Assembly: GCF_021028975.2 (NCBI RefSeq)
Contig: NC_059438.1
Location: 25,854,001 to 25,918,000 of the forward strand
Direction: 5' to 3'
Origin: Sphaerodactylus townsendi
Taxonomy: Eukaryota
Length of the DNA stretch: 64,000 nucleotides
In this document: positions 24,886 through 37,478 of the stretch, piece after piece
How the letters are laid out: each line of letters opens with the position of its first letter
How positions within the stretch are numbered: position 1 is the first letter of the stretch
The notes under the pieces: generated by a model
The model's input: only the letters and a program-made list of their open reading frames with translations
Database searches by the model: none
Told to the model about the DNA's origin: nothing
Translations under genes and position numbers: made by a program

Positions 24886-27800
24886 GCTGTGGTTTGGGTG
24901 GGCAGGAAGGTGTCCAGGCGAAAAGTGGGTGACCTCTGGTCTCCAAGCAGCAGGCCGGGAGTGGGCGGCTGGTGGCCTCTCCTGCCGGGGCCTGCGGAGC
25001 TCCAGCCCCAGAAGACCACTCCGTCTCTGTCCGAGGAGCAGGAGGGCTGACTCTTGTGACGCGGTGGGGATGGGGGCAGTGCCGTTCATATACTGAAGCC
25101 ATTAAAATCTCTGCTCCCTGCATTTGCTGTTGGTTCAAGGTGGCTTGCAAGCATTAATTAAAGCATTGCAGATTAAAACCAAATAAAATAGCCCCACCCA
25201 CCCCCAAAGATGCTGGCTCTTCATACGTTAAGATGGTGTAGAAGTGCAGAGAGTTATCTTTTGCTTAGTCCTTCCTGTGAAAGGCATCGGGTAAACATCT
25301 GGTGGAAGGGAGTGGCCTGGCTGTGCTGCCTCAGAGTGGCCCGGCTGCTCAGACGCAAGGGAGGAAGCCGAGCTCAGGAAGTCCGGCTTCCAAGCCCAGC
25401 CCTTCATAGACCAGAAAGTCTAGGGTGGCTCTTTTCCGTCGATGGCTCTGCACGACCCTTTCCTGGTAGCCCCCCTCCCCACTGAGCATGTGGTCATCAT
25501 GGAGATCTCTCGAACGAGGGGTCAGGTGGAGAAGGTCCGTCTCCCCCTCTCCCGGTCTTTGGGTAGCCCCGTGACATTGGCAGCCAGTGAGTTCAGGACA
25601 AGACAAAATGAATTGGTAATTGATGGTTTACTTCCTTTGTCCCTGGCCGTTCTCCCCAGTGGGAGCTCAGAGCAACTGGCACCGTTCTCCTCCTTTTTAT
25701 TTTGCCCTCACAAGGACCCTGCGAGGTAGTTCAGGCTGAGTGGCCCACAGCCACCTTGTGAGATTCCGTGGCAGAGCGGGGACCCCAGAGCCTAGTCCCG
25801 CCCTCCGACCACCACAACAAACTGGGTCGTGACGGCAGTTTGGATCCCCTGTTTTCAAGTGGGGAGGGGAACTGCTGGAGGGCAGGTCTGTGTCTGCCCC
25901 CCAGGCAGACTGCTGGGGCACGGGCACAGGGCGAAGTGTTGGCCACTCTGCCCTGTTGGGGGACCTCCCAGGGGATCCCCCGCTCTGCCCTTGGGTGAAG
26001 GACTCTGCTGGGTCGGCCCATGGGAGTGTTGCTTCCACCTGCCTCAGCTTCCTCATTGTAAAGGTGGGGTCGGACGATAAGAAATGGGCCGGAGAAAGGA
26101 GCATCCTGTGGCCTGCAGGGAAGGGAGTGCAGCTGGTATGGGGGGGGGGCTGAGAAGGCCACCAATGGGCAGAGGGTGCCCAGAATGCCACTCGCAGGGC
26201 CTCCCAGCGCCAAACGTGAGACTTCCTTGCGGCATTTCCTTTACATTGTTAGGTATTGACCCTGGGAGACCCCCTGTAGACTCCCTAATTGGAAATTAAT
26301 ACTAGATCAATGCCGTGAGCTATTTGCATATTGATCATAAACAACTTTGAAGGCACCAAGTGTGTCTCGGATCAATAGGGCTCTCGGCAGGCTGCGGCGG
26401 AAGTCCTTCCCGGCTTCAGTGCTCAACATGCAGTTAATGATTGGAGACGTTCAGTGAGAGCTGGGGGGGGGGGGAGGGGAGCAGTGGAACCAGCCGCGCC
26501 TTTTTGGGCTGGGGGTGGGGGGCAATGACATGGGAGTGGTCCAAGCCCAGCCTTTCTCACCCCCATTGCCGGGTCAGCTGAAGGTGGCTTGCAGCCAGAG
26601 CTCTGGGGCCGGCTTCCGACCGTGACTGCAGGGCTTGAGCCAGGAGTCTTCTGGGAGAGGGTGGCTGGAAGCGGCAACACTCCCCTGCCAAGGGTGGGAA
26701 GGAGGCCCGCGGGTTCCTGGCCAAGTGGCTGAGACCAGGCCTCGAGCCCCTGTCCAGAGGGCTAGCAGAGGGGCTGGGCCATCAAGGGCTCACGTGTTGG
26801 CCCTCGGGTGTGGATTTGGAGCGTGACCCCAGGGGAGCCTCCTGAAGAGGAGGAGGGAAGGCAGAGTTGCTCCGTTTGTCCAACTCTGAGTGGCCTCCCA
26901 GGAGGAGGAGCTCCTGGAGTCGCAGGCTGAGGTTCCTGGGCAGCTGCAGGCCTGGCTTTGGGGAGCTGTTTGTCGGGGGGGGGGGGCTGTGGAGAAGACG
27001 GTTGGGGCCGCCTCACATGGCCCTTCATGCGCAGCAGTCATGAGACCCTGTTGGTCGCTCCTGCCAAAGGCCTCTGTCCATGGGACCAGGTGCCTCTCCG
27101 GCCGTCTTTTGCAGAATTTAGTCGCTCTGCGCCTTTAAGCTCCATCCTGCTTTTTGGGGTCCTTTTCAGTGGAAGGCTGCAGACCCTTCTCCTGTTCCAA
27201 AGGGGCAGCAGGGCTGGGAGAATTTCTGCCCGAGCCTTGGAGGCCGGAGGCGTCACCTGGGCAGCTTCATCGGAAAGGGCGGGTGGCCGTTACCAGGCTC
27301 ACAAGCTGCTTTAGTTTCGGCTGAGTCGGATGCAGGCGTGGTCTCTTCTGACCGGTGTGGTCTCTTCTGACCAGCGGGGCCTCTGACAAAATGAGCTTCG
27401 ACACGCAAGTGTTTGCACCCTGGGAAATGTTGTTGGTCTTCGAGGTGTTCCTGGATTCGAACGTGGTCCAGCCCCAAAGGAACCCCGTTACCCTCCCTTC
27501 CGCCTTTCCTCCTGCTCCACAGGCTTCCAAATGGGTTAAGAGCCTGTGGGAGCCCCCAAAGAGCAGAGCTGGGCCACCACTCTGCTGGGCATAGAGAGCC
27601 GCTCCTCCACAGCGGGGGGCTTCCTTCCGTAGCCATTGTCAAGGGTGACCATGGACTAGTCTTGGCCTAGCCTGTCTCACAGGGTTGTTGTGAGGAGCCA
27701 GTGAAGGACAGGAGAGCCGTTGGGGTCCCAGCTGGTGAGAAAGATGGCACCGGAGACATGAGGGAAATACACAACCCCGGGAAATCCGCGTGGAGGTGGG

Positions 27801-29343
27801 GAGGATGCTGCTGTCGGGGATGAATATCTAAAGAAATAAAACCCTTCAGGGTAACACTGAACAAATAGTTATCCAGTATTGCAGCTGATGAAGGAAGGTG
27901 TCGTGCCGGGTGGCAGCCCTCTCGTTCTGGGCCACTAGCAAGGCTGACCCTTTTCCAACAAACTTTCAAGAATAAATGTAACGTTTCTTCTTCCCTAGTA
28001 GATTAATGATGTACAGACCAGATTTCAAGTCTGAGCTCTCCAGACAGGTGTGAAATTCTGGGTGTGCCCAGGTAGGTAGCTGAGGAGCAGGACCATTTAC
28101 TGAGCATTTGCGTACGTGTCAACTTCCGTGATCTGCTGTTTGGAGCCTGACACAAGCTGCCTCCCTGTTGAGGCCGCTGGGGGGGCGAGGTGGCCCACGG
28201 AGGGTGCTCAAGGGGCCCCACCCTCTCGCCACCCTCCTCTGGGTGCTTCAGCTGTCTCCCAGCCCCATTGGCTCCCCTTGCAGAGCTCCCGGGGGTCTGG
28301 AGGCAAAGCAACTTCTCCACTGTGGAGTTGCTACCTAGAAGCCTGCGTGTCGCTCTGACATGGGTTCCGTGGTGCCTTTAAGGAGCTCAGGCTGGTATTC
28401 TCCCTGCCCCCTTCCTTCTGTCCTCACAACAGCCCTGTGAAGTGGGTGAGGCTGGGGAAACGGGAGCCTGCCCCCAAGGCCCCCGGGAGCTGCGTGGCTG
28501 GAGCGAGGCCTCCTGGCCCAACCTTGACCCAGCCTGGCTGTCCCTCCCAGGGCCACAGTCTGGCGGGAGGGTGGGTGGGTGTCTTGCCTGCCAGAGCAGC
28601 TGCCGGGTGGTGCTTGGAGGGGGCTTTCTGGCTAGGTGGGGGCAGGGGCACCCTTTCATGTTTCAAAGAAGCAGCTCTGTGTACAATTAGAACTTGTTTC
28701 TGATAAACCTCATTCCAGGAAGACGAGCTTTTAACAAAAGGCTTTTGACAGCTGCAGGGTATTTCAATTTTTTTTAAAGCCGAATGAAAAATCAATATAT
28801 TTTTTCTGGGTTATACATATTCAGAACAGGCGGGATATTTCCATTATAATGGAAAATGGGAGTCTGCTCCCATCTCGCCTGTCAGAGCTGGACCGGCGCA
28901 TTTTCCAAGCCACTGCTAAATATTTCAAACCCGATTTGATTGTGGTTCATGACAGCTAATGTTTCTCGGCTCTTGAGGTGGGGGCGGGGGTGGGGGGGAC
29001 ATGCTCTATTTCCCCCCCTGCTGCACTCTCTTTCCCATCTCTGCTTCCTGAAACTCTGCGCCTCTTTTGATGAAGGCTGTCATTGTGTTAAAGGAATGCT
29101 GCTGGGGGTGGGGGGGCAGGGGAGAGCTCCACAGAACCTGGCTGTTTTCTGCGGGGGGGTCGGTCCATGCACTTGGGGGGGCACTTTTGTTCTGTGATAG
29201 GAGGCCTGGGGCGTTGATGTGGCTGTTGGTTGTGTTTAGGTCAGGGGTTGGCAGAGTCCTGGAGGGAGAAAGCGGGGCTTGGGCAGCAGAGCTTTTTCCC
29301 CTGCTGCCACCCCCCACGCCCCAATTGGGTGGCATGCTCTATT

Positions 29344-29369
29344 GGAGGAGGAGGAGGAGGAGGAGGAGG
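29344..29369 (+). repeat. (GGA)8 microsatellite
   Basis: Read directly from the sequence. Confidence 0.93.
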
Positions 29370-30343
29370 CAGGCACGTCTTGCTCCTGGGGACAGGAGGG
29401 AAGCCCTCTCCCACATTTGCATGCCATCCTCCAGGTGGGGCCTGGGGATCCCCATAGAATTGCAGCGCCTTTCCAGACTCTGTAGAGGCCAGTCCCCCCG
29501 GAGGAAAGGGGTGCTTGGGAGGGAGGGAGGGCTCCGTGGCCTGGGGCCCCCCGAGGTGCCTGTCCTTTCCCGGCTCCACCAGCAAAGCTCAGCCTGGCTC
29601 TGACACCCTACCTGAGTGGCTTCCCAGGAAGGCTCTGTGGTGCCCCAGCCCAGAGTGGGGCATGTTGTGCCCTCCCTGGAAATTGCTTTGGGGAGGGTGC
29701 CAGAAAGGCCCATGGGGGGCAGAGACCGTTTCCTCTCCTACTTCTGTCCCGTTTGCTGGCTGGGACCCAGAGGCACGGCTGGGTCTCCTTTGCAGGGCTG
29801 AGAGGAGGAGAGAAATGGCCGGTGGGGATCCGTGTGTCTTCCTCATTTTTCTACCTTGATTGGTATTCATAGCTCACATTTCCCTGTTGCTGTCAGCCTG
29901 GGCTTTCATCCATTTTAAAGAGCTATTTTCCCTCTGTTGATGATGATGGTATAAAGACAGATGGTGTAAGTGCTTGTGAATGTCCTATTTTATTTCCTCT
30001 GAACCAGACGGCCTGCTGGAAAAGGCCCATTGTTTCCACATGCTTCTGAGAGCTGCCCGAGAGCCCCGGCTCCAAGCAGCCACGGGCAGCCCCTTACTGG
30101 CCACGCGGAGGGTGACACCTCCAGTTGACTTCTGGGATTGCAGGAGGAGCTGCCGGAGGGGAGCCAGCAAGCCCAGCCCCCCTTGCCACTCTGCCCTACA
30201 GGTGCTTCCCGGGGCTCGAAGAAATATGCCAAGCAGCCCTGCTTCAAACCGTTCTCCCCACCCCCGCCCCCCAGTTTGCTGCAACAGCAGCATATTTTAA
30301 AGATCCTCCTAAAACCACGACCAGCAAAGCAAAAAGGCTTCAC

Positions 30344-30600
30344 AATCATAGAGTTGGAAGGGGCCATCAACCCCCTACTCGGTACAGGATCACCCAGTCA
30401 TAGAGTTGGAAGGGACCACAAGGGCAATCCAGTCCAACCCCCTGCCATGCAGGAACACACAGTCAAAGCACTCCGGGTCATCCTAGAGCATCCCAGACAA
30501 GCGTTTGTGCCGCTGCTGCTGCTGAAAGACTGCCAGTGCGGGGGATCTGGCCACCTCTCTAGGTAGCCGACTCCACTGCTGAGCTACTCTTCCGGTGAGC
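30344..30600 (-). mobile_element. CR1 LINE 3' end(s), with the terminal motif present twice
   Basis: CATAGAGTTGGAAGGG at 30347 and 30399, then ccagtccaacccc and gccgactccactgctga as seen at about 12016. Confidence 0.7.
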
Positions 30601-30743
30601 AGGACCTGGCCCTGCCGGCAAGTGGCCGGGGTGCTTTGGAGGGCTTGTAAGCGGAGAGGTTTCTGCTTGGTGACGTGGCTTCTCCCACCCGCTGCCCTTC
30701 TTGCCTTCCAGGAGGCTCCGTGGCAGATTCTTCACTCCAAGCT

Positions 30744-30770
30744 TGCTGCTGCTGCTGCTGCTGCTGCTGC
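30744..30770 (+). repeat. (TGC)9 microsatellite
   Basis: Read directly from the sequence. Confidence 0.95.
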
Positions 30771-31219
30771 CACTTCAGTCGGCTGCTGCCAGCTGACCTG
30801 GGGCGCCCTTTCCGTACCCCTCTTTCTTAGCAGTTACAAACCCCCCAGGTCTTAAGCAGGCTCAGACCAGGTTTTGCTCCAGGCGCTGCTCTGCTTGCTG
30901 CTGATCTGCTGGGGTGAAAAAGAGGGTTGCTGAGAGGACTTGTTTCTGTGGGTCCCCAGCCCGCAACCGGAGGCCAATTTCTGGGCCATCCAAGGTGATG
31001 TTCTTGACCCACCTGGTTCCTCCTCACCTGTGGGACTGTGTGACCCTTGTCCTCCAGGGAGTTTGTGAATGCGGCTCCTGGGGGCTCAGCTGCAGCCACC
31101 CAACGCCCCACTGTCTGTTGATGCGCAGAAGTCTGAGCAAGCCCTGTGTGGGGCCTGCCCTCTGGTGTCCAGTGTATGGCTGTTCCTGGGAGATCAGGGA
31201 AGCATGCAGAGATATGTAC

Positions 31220-31790
31220 CATAGACTCAAAAAGCTGGAAGGGCCCTAAAGACCACCCAGTCCAGCCCCCTGCACCATGTAGGGTGAAGCACCCCTGACT
31301 AATAGTCATCCAGTCTCTGCTTAATGGCCTCCAAGGGGGGGTGCTCTCACCATCCCTGAGTGATGGATTCCACCGTGGCTCTGCCCTTATTGTTTAAAAG
31401 TTTTCCTTCCTGTCTCCCCCCACTTATAATTTCAATCCATTAGTACAAGTCCTGTCCTCTGCTACCAGCAGAAAGAGGGTCCTACCCTCCTCCAAATGAC
31501 AGCCCTTCAAACCAGTGGTGGGATTCAGCAGGTCCACACCCCTTCGGCAGAACTGGTTGTTCAAGTGGTGCTTGTAAACAACCGCTTGTTAAATTATTTG
31601 AATCCCACCACTGCTTCAAACCCTGGTATTCCCCGTCTTCCAGCCTCCTCTGCTCCAGGCTGAATATTCCAGCTTCCCGCAGCTGTTCTTTGAATGGCTT
31701 AGTCTCCATAACCCAAACCATCCCTGTTGATCTCCTCTGCGCACACTCTACGTTTCTGGTGAACATTTCCTCTAGAACCGGGCACGGCCT
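31220..31790 (-). mobile_element. CR1 LINE 3' fragment interrupted by a MITE
   Basis: catagactc..gctggaagggccc..cagtccagcccc terminus; the minus-strand ORF contains KPFKEQLREAGIFSLEQRRL. Confidence 0.8.
31513..31613. mobile_element. hAT-type MITE nested in CR1
   Basis: TIRs CAGTGGTGGGATTCA / TGAATCCCACCACTG and a perfect 8-bp TSD CTTCAAAC at 31505-31512 and 31614-31621. Confidence 0.93.
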
Positions 31791-32122
31791 TCCAACGGGG
31801 GGCTGCCCAGCGCAGGGTCCAGTGGAGCGCCTTCCTTTTGTCTCCCAGTACGGCGACCGGTGCAGCAAGGTCTCCTCGGCCTTGAGCTACTGATGGGAGA
31901 GCCTCTCCCCATCGGCTGGGGGGCCCCAGGCCATGCAGCTGCTACAGGGACCAGGAGGCCCCCCTGGAGGGAACGTTTTGGCAGCCTTCCTTCCTGGTGC
32001 TGGGGGGTGGAGATTCGAAGGGCCTCTCCAAGGCACCGGCTACCAGTTGGGCTCCTTGGCTTGAGAACTGCTCTGTTTGCGTTCTGCTTCTTTGCCTGAT
32101 CTCTGTTTTCCTTGACTTTCAG

Positions 32123-32230
32123 AGGAGCCGGTTGAAGACACCGAAGGGCCCAGTGAGATGGCTGCCGATCCAGAGGAGCCTGTGCAAGACTCAGACAGCG
32201 CGGCCGACAAGGAGCAGAGCCAGTGGGCAG
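32123..32230 (+). CDS. ZFHX3: ZFHX3 small coding exon (equivalent to exon 5); not in the supplied ORF track in this frame
   Basis: ctctgttttccttgactttcAG acceptor and CAG|GTAGGT donor. Translates (E)EPVEDTEGPSEMAADPEEPVQDSDSAADKEQSQWA, similar to remembered human [24 protein letters not shown]. 108 nt, phase 1 to phase 1. Confidence 0.92.
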
Positions 32231-32656
32231 GTAGGTGGGCCCCGCTGCCCCTCCCCCCTCCCCAGTCCAGCTGGCCCCCTGAAGCTTCTCCCCGATATTC
32301 TCTCAGTCTGTGAGCTCATTTCCTTCACGCACACCCTGCTGCTGCTGTCACTTTTCCTTCCCTGGGCTGGCTTTTGAACGTTCCCACAAGGAGAGAGTCG
32401 ACACACGAAGCGCCTCCCCCAGCTTGGGGGAAACAGTCGCTGGATGAGCAGTGGGATGGATCTTGGGGGCAGGAGCCAAACTTAAGGGGCTCTGAGCAGA
32501 TGTTTGCACATTTAGTTGTCCAGACAAGCACTGTTTGCTCGTGAAGAACCAGTTGGGGGCAAAGATGGACACGTGTGCTGCTGCTGCAGGAGGGGTCGGG
32601 GTTGTGCCGCTGCCACTCCCCTCCCCCTGTTTTCAGAGGGGAGCCGGTTTGAAGCC

Positions 32657-33101
32657 TATAAAATTATGGGGTAGAAAATGTTGACAGAGAGAAATCTTTC
32701 TCTTTCCCACAATACTAGAACCAGGGGGCATTCATTGAAAATGCTGGGGGGAAGAATGAGGACTAATAAAAGGAAACACTTCTTCACACATCGTGTGATT
32801 GGTGTTTGGAATATGCTGCCACTGGAGGTGGTGATGGCCACTCACCTGGATAGCTTTAAAAGGGGCTTGGACAGATTTATGGAGGAGAAGTCGATCTATG
32901 GCTACCAATCTTGATCCTCCTTGATCTGAGATTGCAAATGCCTTAGCAGACCAGGTGCTCAGGAGCAGCAGCAGCAGCAGAAGGCCATTGCTTTCACATC
33001 CTGCAGGTGAGCTCCCAAAGGCACCTGGTGGGCCACTGCGAGTAGCAGAGTGCTGGACTAGATGGACTCTGGTCTGACCCAGCTGACTTGTTCTTATGTT
33101 C
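32657..33101 (+). mobile_element. Young 5'-truncated CR1 LINE (ORF2 C-terminus + 3' UTR)
   Basis: Translates SHNTRTRGHSLKMLGGRMRTNKRKHFFTHRVIGVWNMLPLEVVMATHLDSFKRGLDRFMEEKSIYGYQS*; ends gctggactagatggac...gttcttatgttct. Confidence 0.95.
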
Positions 33102-35067
33102 TCATGTTGGTCTGCAGCAGAACAGCCAGGTGGGAATCCAGGAGCACCTTAGAGACAACAAGAGTTTTGGGGCAAGAGTTTTCAGGAGTCAAAGCTGCCT
33201 TAGTCAGATCCTTCAGTACCTAGTACTTGACAAAGGGGGCTCTGACCCTCGAAAGTTCTGTTGGTCTCCAAGGTGTTCCTGGACCCCCGTCTGACTGAGC
33301 TGGATCCAGGGGGCCTCTCAGCTCGTGGCCTCCCTTTTGGTGCCTTGCGCGATGCCTGAGGGCAAGTGAGCCAGTGGCTGCCTAGGAGGTCTCTTTCCTC
33401 TGCAGGAATCTTTGTGCTGACCTCATCTGAATGTCTCAGGCGGAGGCAGACTTCTTGAGTACCAGGGGCTGTTCCTTTCTCCAGGGTCTCCCATGGAGAA
33501 GGGTCTTTCTGGTCCCCTCCGGCCCGAGCCAGCAGGAGTGGAGCCAGGAACCTTCCACAGACCAAGGCAAGGCTCAGTTCCTGAGTTGCAGCCCTGCAGC
33601 TGGCTGGCGCCTTGCTCCAAAATGGCCTGCCAGGACCACCACTGTGCATGTCCTGGGGCGTCTGCCTCTGTGCCGCTGTCACGTGGAGCCCCCCCTCTCA
33701 TTTCCCACCACTGAAAATGGTGGCTTCTTGTTCCTGGATGCAGGTTTGCCTCTGGCTCTTGGTCTGAAGCTGTTTCCAGGGCGGCTGGGGGCACACTTTG
33801 GATCTGGTTCCCATCTGGGTTGCCTGCTTGGCTGTGTCCATCTGCTGCTGTGGTTTCCTCCATGTTGCAAATGCACTGACCTTATTTATGTGGCCCGACA
33901 TGGCCTCAGGGACTTCCTAACTGGTAACTCCAGAGGCCTCCTGGTGCTGCAGGCCCTGCTGCTCTGGGTCTCACTTCTGCCTGACATGGGCCCCTGCAGC
34001 TCCACCTTGAAGAAGTTGATTGGCTTGGCTTGGCTTGACCTCTGTGTCCCTTGGCTTTCCTTGGCTTTGGCTCTCCTGGGGGAGCGTTTTCCAAGTGGAA
34101 GCCCCTGGGAAGATTCTTTCTCTGCTTTTCTCTCCCTCTTCTTCTCTCCCCCCCCCCACGTACCCCCCCAGCAAGTTGGGGCTTCACAAACCCTTGGGGA
34201 CTTCTGCCCACTCTTCAGTCGGAGGCGTTGCTTCCAGCGCAGCCGGCATTCTGGTCAGCGGCTGAGGCAGGCGGGGTGATCAATGCAGACAGCAAACTCC
34301 TGGGTGTGCTGCTGCTGCTGCTGCAAATGTCCAGGGCGGGTGGTGAGCTACTTTACGGAATGTGAGAGCTGAGAACCCCGGCTTACGGAAAGCCGCATGA
34401 ATTAATAATCATTTAATTGGCTCCTCTGTTACGCCGCTGGGTTAGTGAGTGCGAGTGATGGTTCAGTGAGGAGAAGAGGGTGGATGGGAAGGGGCAGGCC
34501 TTTGGGGCGGGGGCCCACTCTCCCCCCGCCGGCTAAACTTGGACTGGGGCTTGACTCTGTGTGGCACCGCCAGATAGGAAAAGGCAGCGGCTGCCCTTTG
34601 GGCCAGTCCTGAGCACTTCAGCCAGCTCTTTCTTGGGGGGGCGGGGGGGGAGGGCATGGAGGACAAGAGGCATTTTATTCCCACAAACACCTTCTGGGGT
34701 AGGGTAAATTGTGCAGGGGCTGCTGGCTTACCCCTTCCTGTCTTGAATGCAGCACGAACCCTGTCCCTTCCGGGTCCTGCAGGGCTTCGTCTCCCTCCAG
34801 AGATGCCTCCTCGTGGGCGATTCTTCCCTCCCCCCCCTTTCCCTGATGCCTGGAGGGGCCTCCCAGAGCACACCTGCCCCTCCCTGCCCCTGCACCAGCC
34901 CTCCCTTCCCGGGATGAAGCCAAAGTCTGCGGAGGGGGCTGGATGGGCATGTGGCGTGGCCGATTTGAGACTGGAAGCTCCCTGGGGCGAGGACTGGGCG
35001 TTCTGCTTTTTGCTGCCAGGCACAGACGTGGCTTCTCTCTGTCTGCCTGCCACTGGCAGGCGTGAGG

Positions 35068-35068
<1 letters not shown>

Positions 35069-35111
<43 letters not shown>
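35069..35111 (+). repeat. (CTG)13 trinucleotide microsatellite
   Basis: Uninterrupted CTG units from 35071 to 35109. Confidence 0.97.
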
Positions 35112-35112
<1 letters not shown>

Positions 35113-37347
35113 CCCTGCCAGGGGTCGCCTGTGGACAAGCCACAGTCCTGGGCTACCTTCAAGACAAGCGCCATCTTCTTTCTGCAGAGGCTTTTATGTT
35201 ATACAACACTGGAATCAGTGGCTTGGCCCTCCAGGTGCCACCTGCCTCCCTTGGACGCCCTGCTGGAGCTCCTGGGCAGGTCCCCTTGCTGGCCACGGCT
35301 GAGTGCCCTCCCGGCGCGTTTCCAGAGAGCGACGGGGCTTGGGGGAGGCCTGGCTAGCTGAGAGCGTTAAACCGCCTAGTTAATTGTCAGCCAGTCCATC
35401 ATCTTAAATATCTACCTGTCATCTATTACCTTTCAAGTGAAAATGAATAACTCCCATTAAGGGTGGAATGGGTTTGAAGTCGATTTGAGACAGATTAAAG
35501 TACTGTTATGAATGTGTGTGTGTTCAGGGGGGCTGTGCATAATATGCTTCTCCTTGTAGGTTTTAAATAATAGATGTCCTGCACATTTATGTTCTCCAGG
35601 ATACAGAGTTCAGAGGTCATGAGGCGGGCATTCTGGGAAGAGCACCCACTTCCTGGAACGCTCTCTGCCGTTACTCCTGCCCACCCCGTGTTTAGGGAGG
35701 GGGGGCGTGTCTAACCTCTAGTTGTTCTGTGGTGCAGTGTTATTGGGCCGCAGGAGCTGATCCCAGGGTGGGTGGGTAGGAAGTGCGCTGTGCCGGGCCG
35801 CGTCAGGAGGTGACTTGATGGGTCTCAGTGGTTATGAGCAGGAGCAAGTGCTAGAAAAGGCACCGAGAGACCACCCCGCTCCCAGCCACATGGAAAATGT
35901 GTGCTTCCTGTCAAAAAATATTTGTCCAACTTGTGGGCGCTATGAAGTAGTTTCCGCTGGCCCAGAGCAGCACGCAGAAGCCTCTGATGTCAGGACAGGT
36001 TCCCGGCAAAGTAGCAATTCCGTTGGTTGATTGGTTTTGGGAATGTGTCAGTGACTTCTCTGTGCACAAAGCATCTCACAGTACAACTCCATAAAACAAA
36101 ACAAAAAAGCAAAAACTTGCAAATAAGAGCAGGCAAAAAGGAATCAAACGAGCAGCAAGTGTAACGTCATAAGCAGGGACCACCCACGATACCCGAACTG
36201 AAGGCCCAGACAATTTTTTTAAAAATCACCCCATGCCACACCTCCCTCCAGGCACCACTGGAAGAGCCCTGCCTCTGGCCACGTCAGGCACTGCAGGTCG
36301 GCCGGAGGGAAGGCCGTCCTTCCTGCCTTGCTCCCCAGCTGCCCTCCACCCTGTGAGAGAGGCCGGGGTCCAAGTGTTTCGACAGCATCTTAACTTTGGC
36401 TGGGGAAGGGAGCAGTCCTGCTTCTTCACCATCTCTGCAGGGACATCTGAGGATTTTTTCCAGCATTCCAGCCGCTGGAGATCTTGGAAGCTCCTCACAG
36501 TGCCCGAACCCATGACCCCCACACTCCCACTGTATACATCCTGCTTGCAACACACACACACGCACACACCCCGAGATTCCTGGCCCACGGGTCTTGACGT
36601 CCTGCTGAGCGACAGCTGCCTTGGGCCTTCTCTTTGGCTTCCTGCAGGGCCCCTGAGATCTACCAGTGAGACAGGAGTTGGGGGTGGGGGGGCGGGCAGC
36701 AGTCAGTCATCCCAGCAGAGACTGAAGGGCGGACTTTTAAGAAGTGGAATTCTTCTGTTGTCCAAAGAGCTCAGGGCAATCCACATGTTTCACCGTCCCT
36801 CCATCTGGTCTTCAGAACAGCCCTGTAGGAGAGAATGGTTCACCTCAGTCCCTCCGTGGCCAAACTGGAGGCGGGGGGGGGGGGGGGGCATCAGGTCTGG
36901 CAATAAGATGTTCCAGTTGCGCAGCAGAAAGTCCCAGGGTTTTTTTTATAAGTGCTGAAGAAGATGCTGGTTGCAGCTGCAGGAAAGTGCTTTTGATGAT
37001 CATTCAGGAGGCTCTAGATACACAGATGCGCGTGCATGCGCACACGCACACATATCTGAGCTCTTGTCTGTGCTTCAGATGTTTGCTGGCCCTCCCAGAA
37101 AGATTCTCTTGCTCTCTGGGTTGCTTGGTGAGAAGGCATCCCCCTCCACCCCTTCCCTTGGCCCTTGTGCGTGTCTACTGCTTGTCTAAGGGATGCCAGG
37201 TCTTTCCCCAGCTCTCTTTCAAGCTGTGCTCTCTCTGCATGCATCAGCTGCATGACTGGCGGGCGGGGCTGCTGCAGTCCAAACTGACCCGTCTGCCCAG
37301 GAGTCCTTGGGGAGCTGACACCCGGTCTGTTCTCCCTTCTTTTGCAG

Positions 37348-37478
37348 CACAAGCCACCCAGGCAGAGAAGGAGCTAGCGGAGTCCCCGGCATCCTCCAGG
37401 TGCATTGCGTGTCCAAGAGGATCGGAGTCACCCAGCACCAAATGGCCAAAGGTGTCCGAGGAGAGCAAGCCCGAGCAG
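37348..37478 (+). CDS. ZFHX3: ZFHX3 coding exon (equivalent to exon 6)
   Basis: tctcccttcttttgcAG acceptor and CAG|GTCAGG donor. Translates (A)QATQAEKELAESPASSRCIACPRGSESPSTKWPKVSEESKPEQ. 131 nt, phase 1 to phase 0. Confidence 0.93.

Noticed and set aside
35062-35361. Poly-Leu signal-peptide-like ORF
   Set aside because: It is simply the translation of the (CTG)13 microsatellite, with no supporting exon structure.
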